A DNA stretch of 64,000 bases from Octopus sinensis (lineage: Eukaryota), in contig NC_042998.1 in assembly GCF_006345805.1 (NCBI RefSeq), forward strand, positions 107,756,001-107,820,000, given 5' to 3'. The notes below the pieces were generated by a model. That model searched no databases and had not been told where the DNA came from. It worked only from the letters and a program-made list of their open reading frames with translations. Positions 37,668 through 48,371 of the stretch are shown in pieces (position 1 is the stretch's first letter; each line of letters starts with the position of its first letter). The position numbers were made by a program, and so were the translations under genes.

Positions 37668-38500
37668 TATGTGGTCTGATCAATATGTACCTGGACTGTT
37701 GCCATAGTAACGAAACTAAAGCACACAGAGTGAAGCCGCTTGGCACAGAGTAACCTTGAACTCTGCTGTGCTTGCACATTAAGTTTTAACATCCTAGCTC
37801 ACTTCTGCTGTTTACAGTAGTGCTTGGAAAGAACGTGTGTAGTGTGTGATCATCACATTAACCATAACAAAAAGCTGAGAAGAGAATCTACATCAAATTT
37901 TGCCAAAAGCTAGGTGATACCTGGTCAGAGGCCTATGCAAAGTTTTCAAAAAGTTTTCACCATTCTTGACACAATCAAGGAGATCTTGTGCAACTGAAAC
38001 CCGAGCGTCCTTTTGGTCAGCTGAAAGCAGTTTTGGCACAAACTTGGCAGACACACGTCTCATGCCCAAATACTCAGTGATAATGGACTGAACTGAACCG
38101 TAACTAATCTGCACATCTATATTTCCTCAGTTCTACTGCTTTCAGGTCTCCCAGAACGTTTGTCACTATCAACATTTTTCAACCATCTTGGAAATGTCTG
38201 AACTACTTGTATCCTTGTGTGTGGCTCATACACTCTTCTCCATAACCTTTCTACAACTTTGCATAGGCCTCTGAGCAGGTATCACCATGACAACTTTCCC
38301 TGTCATGGCCAATGCAATGATCACATACTACACACCTTCCTTACAAGCACTGCTGTAAAGAGGAAGTGAGCTAGAATGTTAAAATTTAGTGCACATGCAT
38401 AGCAGTGTTCAAGGTCAATCTTTGCTGATCAGCTTCACTCTGGGTGCTTTAGATTTGTTATTATGGCAACAGTCTGGATACTTATTGATCAGACCTCATA
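37668..38500. mobile_element. Mariner-derived element made of two 5' (left) ends in inverted orientation
   Basis: Both ends read TA|tg.ggtctgatcaata.gta.c.ggactgttgccata inward. The plus arm runs to 'IKFCQKLGDT'; the minus arm encodes 'RRVSAKFVPKLLSADQK...LDCVKN.ENFLK'. Confidence 0.85.
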
Positions 38501-39059
38501 AACTGATGGGGAGAACAACTTACTTTATCTGAATAACTCCTGCTTCCATGCTAGTAATAATAGAAAATAAAATCATTTAACTTAAAATGTAACATGTTTA
38601 ATTTCTATCAACTTGGAAATAAGAGCAATGTTTGAAGAGCCATTTCTGGTTTTTCCTTGTCACGTTATAACCAATATCTGAATGTTAGAATTCTTAATGG
38701 TATGGTTTTGATTAGAATACTTACTTTCATAACTGAGTAGCTTTCTTACCAAAAATCACTTAACCATGTTGATATCTCATACAAACTGTTCTTACAATTG
38801 CTCCCCCATTATATTTTTTTCATTGTACAGTTTATGGAATCAATTTCCCCACAGTATCTGTGCCAGTGGCATGTAAAAAGCACCCACTACACTCTTGGAG
38901 TGGTTGGTGTTAGGAAGAGCATCCAGCTGTAGAAACATTGCCAGATCAGATTGGGGCCTTGTGCAGCTGCTGGCTCTCCAGACCTCAGTCAAACCATCCA
39001 ACCCATGCCAACATGGAAAATGGATGTTAAATGATGATGATGATGATTGCTGACACTTT

Positions 39060-40020
39060 ATTGATCTCATAGGATTTGAATTGAGTGGAACTAGACTGCA
39101 TACTGTTTACTGATGGAAGAAGTGTGTGGATTGCAAGGGGGACTATGCTGAAAAATAAACCTCAGTTGGTCATATTCCATGAAATCTTGGTCAGCCTATG
39201 AACTTTTTAGCTGATCCTTATAAACCATGATACCCTCTGGAAAGTCCTGCACAAGTCTGGTTGCCAAAAAGGATGGTCAGAATAATAAGATCATTCCATA
39301 ATAGTATAATGGCCTCCATGATGGAAGGTGGTTCATCTTCTCATACTTTCCCTGCAGAGAACCAAGCAGGGCTGTGTAATAGTCTCTGTCTTGTTTGCAA
39401 TCTACTTCTCAGCTATGCTACAAGATACATTTAGAAATGTTGTTGGTGTGCATATCTAGTTTAGGACAGAAGGCAATATTTTCAGAGCCAGAACCTAAGT
39501 CAAAGAACAACTTCTGACAGAGTTTCTACTTGCAGATAACTACGTTTTGATAGCACTGTTTCTGCAGGACATCCAAGTATTGGTTGACTGTTTTGCTAAT
39601 GCTGCCAAATCCTTTGACCTAAGAATTAGTTTGAGGAAGACAAGTCTTCCACTAGCCAGCACCTGGCCACTCAAAACAGAATATTATTGTCATGGTAGAT
39701 AATACCCCTCTAAATGGTGTGCCAAAATAGTGCTGTCTGAGGAGCATCCTATCAAAGAATATCCAACTGCACAGAGAGATCACCCAGCAATTGGCTAAGG
39801 CAAGTTCAGCTTTCACTAGACTCCAGCAGAAATTGTGGAGAGGTCATGGTATCTACCTAGCTATAAAGATCAAAGTCTATCAAGCAGTTGTGCTTACCTC
39901 CCTTCTATATGGCTGTGAAACATAGACATTCTACAGGCATCATATTAAATGACTAAAATCATTACATCTCTACTGCCTTTGTTCAATTTCCTGCATCAAA
40001 TGGAAAGACAAAATCCTAAA
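39060..40020 (+). mobile_element. Degenerate RTE-BovB-like LINE fragment
   Basis: Manual translation 'RMVRIIRSFH' and 'IKIKVYQAVVLTSLLYGCET.T.YRHHIK.L..LHL.CL.SI..IKWKDKI'. Confidence 0.75.
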
Positions 40021-40187
40021 CAGACATGCATACACACACACACCAACTGTTGTAGAGTTATACTCCTTACCATCAACTGTGGAACAAAGTGTTACTGGTT
40101 ACAAAAATAAATACAACAAAGTTATAATAGACCCAAAGTGTTAGAAGTGGAGATCAAATAAGAAAAGAGCAAAATAAATTAACCTAC

Positions 40188-40324
40188 TTGTGCGTTTCCG
40201 AACTCCAATCTTTTGTGGTCCAAGTAAGCAGAGAAAAATGAAGCCAATTGTTGCAGCTCCACCAGGAACAACAAACAAGATCAGTCGATTATCACACAAA
40301 CAATCTCCACAACAATTTCCTGTA
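40188..40324 (-). CDS. MFSD12: MFSD12-like exon (TGNCCGDCLCDNRLILFVVPGG...GVRKRT)
   Basis: Resembles the last TM helix of MFSD12 'CC..C...Y...V.V.GG'. Acceptor ttttatacag (phase 2), donor gtaggt (phase 1). Confidence 0.88.
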
Positions 40325-40660
40325 CTGTATAAAAAAATAAAAATAATATTAGTAGTGAACAAACTGAATTTCATTAACTATTATTAAATCATCATCATCA
40401 TCATCATCACTATCATTTAGTGTCCATTTTTCCACACTTGCATGATTGAATGGAGTTTATTTGAGACAGATTTTCTATGGATGAAGGCTCTTCCAGTTGC
40501 CAATCCTCACCTGTTTTCAAGCAAGGTAATATTTTTTCATGGCCCGACATGTTCTCTTAGAGTATTGGAAGTGAATGATACTGCTTGTATGATGGTGACA
40601 AGCATTACAACTGTCACATGATGTCAAGTCAAGGAGACACAAACACACACTCTCACATAC

Positions 40661-40716
<56 letters not shown>

Positions 40717-40722
40717 TATAGT

Positions 40723-41025
40723 GGAGTCGCAATGGCCCAGTGGTTAGGGCAGCGGACTCACGGTTGTAGGATATTGCGGTTTCGATTCCCAGATCGGGCG
40801 TTGTGAGTGTTTATTGAGCGAAAACACCTAAAGCTCCACGAGGTTCCGGCAGTGGGTGGTGGTGATCCCTGCTGTACTCTTTCGACATAACTTTCTCTCA
40901 CTCTTTCTTCTGTTGGCCTGCTCGCTTAGCCAGCGGGGTGGCGTCATTTGAAGGCTAAAACAATGCGAAATGCATTGTGACCTGTGATGTGGAGCAACAT
41001 CTGATAGCCTGGTCGGTCACGGTGA
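40723..41025 (+). mobile_element. tRNA-derived SINE inserted in (TA)n
   Basis: Pol III A-box TGGCCCAGTGG and B-box GTTTCGATTCC in the head; flanked by (TA)n; possibly related to octopus tRNA-Arg-type SINEs. Confidence 0.8.
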
Positions 41026-41327
41026 TATATATATATATATATATTTGCATGAAACACTTCTTACTTTCTATCAAACCCACTCACAAGGCCATACAGTAGA
41101 ATTGAACCCAGGATCATGTGGTTGGGAAGCAAACTTCTTACCATATAGCCATGGCCATATGGTAAGAAGTTTACTTCCCAATCACATGGTTCTAGGTTCA
41201 GTCCCTCTGTGTGACACCTTGGGCAAATGTCTTTACTATAGTCTCAGGCTGATTAAAGCCTTGTGGATTTGGTAGAGGGAAAGTAAAATAGGTCCATCAT
41301 ATATATATATATATGTGTGTGTGTGTG

Positions 41328-42244
41328 TTGAATGGGAGAAATAAAGTCTGCCAAATGTTGACCCAATAGAGGGACCAGCTATTCAAATTGACAGTATCTT
41401 GGTAGATAAAGTAATTAAGGACAAGAAGAGAGGGAAAACCCCCAGCCCATCAGGAATCACTGCTGAGATGCTTAAAATAACTGGCGGTATAGGCTATAGT
41501 CTAGTCACCCATATAGTTAACCAGGTGATACAAGAAGTCATACCCAATGACTGGTGTAGCAGCACTGTAGTCAACTGATACAAAGGTAAAGGTGACGCAT
41601 TAGATAGGAATAATTACAGAGGTATCAAATTGTTGGATCAGGTGATGAAAGTCATAGAGAGGATCATAGCCCAACTAATTAGGGAGAAAGTTAGTTTAGA
41701 CGAGATGCAGTTTGGATTCGTGCCAGGGAAAAGCAGCACTGATACTATATTTCTGGTAAGATAGCTGTAGGAGAAATTCCTAGCAAAAGATAAACCTCAG
41801 AGCTTGGCCTTTGTTGATGTGGAGAAAGCCTTTGATGGTGTCCCCTGATCCCTTATCTGGTGGACAATGCAGAAACTAGGGATCGATGAGTGGTTGGTGA
41901 GAGTTGTTCAAGCCATGTACAGGGATGCTGTCAGTAAGGTGAGGGTTGGCAACGAGTATAATGAAGAATTCCAGGTAGAAGTTGGGGTTCACCAAGGATC
42001 AGTCCTCAGCTACTCTTGTTCATCATAGTCCTCCAGACAATAACAGAGGAATTCAAGACAGGCTGCCCTTGGGAAATCCTCTATGCTGATGACCTTGCTC
42101 TAACAGCTGAGTCACTACCAGAATTAGAGAAGTTTCAGGTGTGGAAGTAAGGTCTTGAATTGAAGGGCCTTAGAGTCAATCTAGCAAAAACCAAAGTCTT
42201 TGTAAGTAGGAAGGCAGACAAATCACAAACCCTTTCAGGTAGAT
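41328..42244 (+). mobile_element. RTE LINE internal fragment (RT), degenerate
   Basis: Reverse-complement similarity to 46200-47100 of the long RTE copy; several in-frame stops. Confidence 0.9.
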
Positions 42245-42261
42245 AATAATAATAATAATAA

Positions 42262-42650
42262 TCTTAATTGAGAAAGAATACAAATTATGCTAGATCATAG
42301 ATATAGCATGCCCAGCTGACAACAAGGTATGCGTTAAGGAAGAAAGAAAGGTTGAGAGATATGACAGGTTAGCTTGGGAAGGGAAGCAGTTGTGGTTGAT
42401 GAAAAAGGTAGCAGTAGTACCAATAATTGTCGGAGCCCTGGGAATAGTGAGCAAAAATCTCAAGAAGTATGTGGAACAAATAGGGGCTGCAATAAGGGTG
42501 GAGCACCTGCAGAAAACAACACTGCTTGGAACCGCTCGAATACTCCGGAAGGTGCTCGAAAAATAAGAGGTTCACTGGTAGTGAACACCTGACACTGTAA
42601 TACATCTCCAGCGTTAGAAGCTGTGCAAAGGCAATAATAATAATAATCAT
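42262..42650 (+). mobile_element. R4/Dong-like 3' fragment between (TAA)n tracts
   Basis: 'VVVPIIVGALGIVSKNL..Y....GAAI.VEHLQKTTLLGTARILRKVLE', followed by a 3'UTR and (AAT)n. Confidence 0.85.
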
Positions 42651-42877
42651 CCTTTCTACTAAGGGCACAAGGCCTGAAATTTTGGGGGAGGGAGCTACTC
42701 AATCTGATTGATCCCAGTGTTTCACTGGTACTTAATCTATCAGCCTCAAAAGGATTATAGGCAAAGCCAACCTCAGCAGAATTTGAACTTAGAATACAAA
42801 GACAGACGAAATGCCACTAAGCATTTTGCTAATGATTTTTTCAGCTTGCTGCCTTAATAATAATATTAATAATAATA

Positions 42878-42914
<37 letters not shown>

Positions 42915-43200
42915 TATGATGATGATGATGAATTTAAATTTTGACACAAGGCCAGCAAATTCAGCAGAGGGGTGAATCAAATACATTGACCCCAGTGCTA
43001 CTATTGACACAAGGTCTGAAGTTTTTGGTGGAGGAGACTAGTTGATTATAATGACCCCAGTACTTATTTCATTGATCTTGAAAGAATGAAAGGCAAAGTT
43101 GACCTTGGTGGAATTTGAACTCAGAACATAAAGATGAGTGAAATGCCACTAAGCATTTTGTCTGGTGTGCGAATGATTCTGCCAGCTCGCTGCTTTAGTA
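42650..43200 (-). mobile_element. Array of three SINE copies or fragments separated by (TAA)n/(GAT)n
   Basis: Same family as the 27.4-28.9 kb array. Confidence 0.8.
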
Positions 43201-43204
43201 ATAA

Positions 43205-46200
43205 TCATCATCATCATCATCATCATCATTTAACGTCCGCTTTCCATGCTAGCATGGGTTGGACGGTTCAACTGGGGTCTGGGGAGCCCGAAAGCTGCAC
43301 CAGTCCAGTCAGATATGGCAGTGTTTCTACAGCTGGATGCCCTTCCTAACGCCAACCACTCCGAGAGTGTAGTGGGTGATTTTATGTGCCACCGACACAG
43401 GTGCCAGACGAGGCTGGCAAACGGCCACGCTCGGATGGTGTTTTTTTATGTGCCACCGACACAGGTGCCAGATGAGGCTGGCAAACGGCCACGATCGGAT
43501 GGTGTTTGTTACGTGCCCACAGCACGGAGGCCAGTCGATGCGGTACTGGCTACGGCCACGTTCGGATGGTTTTCTTGTGTGCCACGTGCCACCGGCACTG
43601 GTACCACATAGATACAAATTCCATTGATGTTCATCTATTTTGATTTGTTTTGATTTTCACTTGCCTCAACAGGTCTTCACAAGTGTCACAAGAAGGAAGG
43701 TAAGCACAGGTGGACTGACTACGTCCCAGGTAAGGGCCACGGGTTATGGCCTGACTAGTCTTGCCGGGTCTTCGGATGGTGTTTTTATGTGCCACCGACA
43801 TAGGTGCCAGATGAGGCTGGCGAACGGCCACGATCGGATGGTGTTTGTTACGTGCCCACAGCACGGAGGCCATTCGATGCGGTACTGGCTACGGCCACGT
43901 TCGGATGGTTTTCTTGTGTGCCACCGGCACTGGTACCACAAAGATACAAATTCCATTAATGTTCATCTATTTTGATTTGTTTTGATTTGATTTGATTTGT
44001 TTTGATATGATTTTGATTTACACTTGCCTCAACAGGCCTTCACAAGTATCACAAGGAGGAAGGTATGCACAGGTGGACTGACTACGTCCCAGGTAGGGGC
44101 CATGGGATATGGCCTGACTAGTCTTGCCGGGTCTTCAGATGGTGTTTTTATGTGCCACCGACACAGGTGCTAGATGAGGCTGGCGAACGGCCACAATCGG
44201 ATGGTGTTTGTTATGTGCCCACAGCACGATGGCCAGTCGATGCGGTACTGACTACGGCCACGTTCGGATGGATTTCTTGTGTGCCACAGGCACTGGTACC
44301 ACAAAGATACAAATTCCATTGATGTTCATCTATTTTGATTTGATTTGATTTGATTTTCACTTGCCTCAACAGGTCTTCACAAGTGTCACAAGAGGAAGGT
44401 ATGCACAGGTGGACTGACTAGTCTTGCCGGGTCTTCGGAATGTGTTTTTATGTGCCACCGACACAGGTGCCAGATGAGGCTGGCGAACGGCCATGATCGG
44501 ATGGTGTTTGTTACGTGCCCACAGCACGGAGGCCGGTCGATGCGGAACTGGCTACGGCCACGTTCGGATGGTTTTCTTGTGTGCCACCGGCACTGGTACC
44601 ACAAGATACAGATTCCATTGATGTTCATCTATTTTGATTTGTTTTGATTTTCACTTGCCTCAACAGGTCTTCACAAGTGTCACAAGAAGGAAGGTATGCA
44701 CAGGTGGACTGACTACGTCCCAGGTAGGGGCCATGGGTTATGGCCTGACAAGTCTTGCCGGGTCTTCCGATGGTGTTTTTATGTGCCACCGACACAGGTG
44801 CTAGATGAGGCTGGCGAACGGCCACGATCGGATGGTGTTTGTCATGTGCCCACAGCACGGAGGCCAGTCGATGCGGTACTGGCTACGGCCACTTTCGGAT
44901 GGTTTTCTTGTGTGCCACCGGCACTGGTACCACAAAGATACAAATTCCATTAATGTTCATCTATTTTGATTTGTTTTGATTTGTTTTGATTTGATGTTGA
45001 TTTTCACTTGCCTCAACAGGCCTTCACAAGTATCACAAGGAGGAAGGTATGCACAGGTGGACTGACTACGTCCCAGGTAGGGGCCATGGGTTATGGCCTG
45101 ACTAGTCTTGCCGGGTCTTCGGATGGTGTTTTTATGTGCCACCGACACAGGTGCTAGATGAGGCTGGCGAACGGCCATGATCGGATGGTGTTTGTTATGT
45201 GCCCACAGCACGATGGCCAGTGATGCGGTACTCACTACGGCCACGTTCGGATGGATTCTTGTGTGCCACCAGCACTGGTACCACAAAGATACAAATTCCA
45301 TTGATGTTCATCAATTTTGATTTGGTTTGATTGATTTTCACTTGCCTCAGCAGGTCTTCATAAGTGTCACAAGAAGGAAGGTACGCACAGGTGGATCGAC
45401 TACGTCCCAGGTAGGGGCCACGGGATATGGCCTGACTAGTCCTGCCGGGTCCTCTCATGCACAGCACACTTCCATAGGACTCGGTCTTTAGTCATTTCCT
45501 TGGTGAGACCTAAAGTTCGAAGGTCGTGCTTCACCACCTCGTCCCAGGTTTTCCTGGGTCTACCTCTTCCACAGGTTCCCTCAACTGCTAGGGTGTAGCA
45601 CTTTTGCACACAACTATCTTCAGCCATTCTCGTCACATGACCATACCAGCGCAGCTGTCTCTCTTGCACACCACAACTGACACTTCTTAGGTTCAACTTT
45701 TCTCTTAAAGTACTTACACTCTGACGATTATGAACACTGACATTACACATCCATCGGAGCATACTGGCTTCATTTCTTGTGAGCTTACGCATATCCTCAG
45801 CAGTCACGGCCCATGTTTCACTACCATGTAGCATGGCTGTACGTACACACGCATCATATAGTCTGCCTTTTACTCTTAGCGAGAGGCCTTTTGTCACCAG
45901 CAGGGGTAAGAGCTCTCTAAACTTTGCCCAGGCTATTCTTACTCTCGCAGTTACACTTTCAGCACACCCACCCCCGCTACTGACTTGGTCTCCTAGGTAG
46001 CGGAAGCTATCAACTACTTCTAGTTTGTTTCCTTGGAACGTGGTAGAAGTTGGTCTCTGTACATTTCCAGTGTTTATTGCTCCTGAGCATCTGCCACAGA
46101 CAAAAACTATTTTCTTAGTTAGCCTTCCTTTGACATTGCTGCACCTCTTATGTGTCCATAGCTTACACTTGGTGCACCTTATAGAGTTTCTACCTACACC

Positions 46201-47792
46201 TTTTTTTACAGATCGAGCAGGGCCATCTACCTGAAGTCGTTTGTGATTGGTCCACCTTCCTACTTATTAGGACTTTGGTTTTGGCTAGGTTGATTCTAAG
46301 GCCCTTCGATTCTAATCCTTGTTTCCACACCTGAAACTTCTCCTCCAGTTCTGATAGTGACTCAGCAATTAGAGCAAGGTCATCAGCATAGAGGAGCTCC
46401 CAGGGGCATCCTGTCTTGAATTCCTCCGTTATTGCCTGGAGGACTATGATAAATAGGAGGGGAGTGAGGACTGAACCTTGGTGGACCCCAACCTCTACCC
46501 GGAATTCTTCACTGTACTCGTTGCCAACCCTCACCTTACTAGCAGCGTCTCTGTACATGGCTCGCACAGCTCTCACTAACCATTCATCTATCCCTAGTTT
46601 CCTCATTGACCACCAGATAAGGGATCGGGGGACCCTGTCAAAGGCTTTCTCCAAGTCAACAAAAGCCAGATACAAGGGCTTATCTTTGGCTAGGTATTTC
46701 TCCTGCAGCTGTCTTACCAGGAATATAGCATCAGTAGTACTTTTCCCTGGCACGAACCCAAACTGCATATCATCTAAGCTAACTCTCTCTCTAATTAATT
46801 GGGCTATAACCCTCTCCGTAACCTTCATTACCTGATCCAGCAGCTTGATGCCCCTGTAGTTATTTGTATCTAGGGCGTCGCCTTTACCTTTGTAGCAGTT
46901 GACTATTATGCTGCTACACCAGTCATTGGGTATGACTCCTTCGTGTATCACCTGGTTTACTATACGGGTGACTAAGCTATAGCGACACTACCAGATATTT
47001 TGAGCATCTCTGCAGTAATTCCTGATGGGCCTGGGGCTTTCCCTGTTTTCATGCTTCTAATTGCCTTATCTACTAAGGAACTGTTAACTCGGATTGCTGG
47101 TCCCTCTGTTGGGTCGACATTCGGGAGACTGTCTTTATCCCATTCATTTTCCTCATTCAGCAACCTTTCATAGTGGCGTCTCCAAGCCTCTCTCTTTGCA
47201 TCCTCATTTAGCGCAAGTGAACCGTCATCCTTGCGAACACATTTCTCTCCTACCACGTCACGATTCTCTCTCACACACTGTCTTGCAACACAAAATACCT
47301 CAAGTCTTTCATCCTCACGGCGCAGGACATTGGCAAATTTTTCTTTATCTGCCTCCCCTCTGGCTAGATAGACCTGTCTCCTAGCTTCCCTTCTGGCAGT
47401 CTGATACACTTCCCTGCTACCACCGTTCTTCCAGGCCTTCCAAGCCTGTTTCTTTTGTCTAATAGCCCTGTCAACAATATTGTTCCACCACCATGTTATT
47501 TTGGGTCTTAAGGGGACTTTGCACCAGCCACAGATCTGGTCAGCGGCTTTCAGCAGGTTGTCCCTCAGAAACGTCCAGTTGTCTTCTACCCCATGCGTAG
47601 CTATACCCCCTTCCACTTCGTCAAAGGCTTCAAGTAACATATCTCTAAATCTCTGTCCATTCGCAGGGTCTTTAAGCTTCCAGACCCTTCTTCTCCATGT
47701 TGGTCGTCTTCTAGTCACCCTCTTAGTCCTGACCCTAAAGTCACTAACTACCAGTCTATGTTGTGGGGTGCATTCTTCGCCTGGGAAGGTTT
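43205..47792 (-). mobile_element. Long 5'-truncated RTE-clade LINE with amplified 3'UTR
   Basis: ORF pieces 46972-47718, 46190-46951 (RT core 'YRGIKLL', 'DLEKAFDRVP', 'GVHQGSVL', 'LLYADDL') and 45436-45897. It begins inside the end of the endonuclease domain; (GAT)n tail at 43205-43228. Confidence 0.95.
43380..45451. repeat. Tandem array of ~300-363-bp units (about 6.5 copies) of the RTE 3'UTR
   Basis: The anchor 'gtaccac..agataca.attccatt' recurs at ~43601, 43933, 44296, 44596, 44927 and 45278. Confidence 0.97.
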
Positions 47793-48371
47793 TTAATAAA
47801 AAAAAAATTTAAAAAATGATGATGCTAAGATTCTCTCTGGTCAAACACAACTTCTCTATTCACAAACAATACAGAACAGCCCTTCCTTAATTTTTCTTAA
47901 GCCTAATAGTAGTAAACATCTGAACTTCTTTTGACCAAAAAAAAAAAATAATAAAAATAACTGATGGTGATGGTGATGATGGTGATGATGATAATAATGA
48001 TAGTAATAGTGCTGATAATCTATCTATCTATCTACACACACACACTCAAAGAGTTCAACCAACACAAACCTCACCTTGGCTCTATTGTTAACCAAATATG
48101 AAAGTATTATTTGACAGGCATGAACTCTGGCATTGAAGACAGTCAGCCAGCCAACCACCAAGCCAGCCAAGGAGACAGACAGACACTATTGTGATGGTGA
48201 TAATGATAAAAAAAACAAAAATAACAATAATAAGATACTGCTGTGACTACACATAAAACAATATCATTGATGATGATGGTGGTGATGGTGATGGTGATGA
48301 TGATAATGAGGATGGTAATGGTGGTGATAATGATGATAGTGATAATAATGGTGATGATAATAACAATAATA

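Noticed and set aside
43380-45451. Hammerhead ribozyme (retrozyme-like) in the ~330-bp tandem unit
   Set aside because: The closest matches (cagatga-ggctggc-gaac on plus; ctgttga-ggcaagt-gaaa on minus) each break the CUGANGA/GAAA core and lack a credible stem II. A covariance-model search would be needed to exclude it fully.
43327-45467. Short ORFs within the tandem array (e.g. MCHRHRCQMRLANGHDR...)
   Set aside because: Open frames of a GC-richer non-coding 3'UTR repeat, broken differently in each unit.
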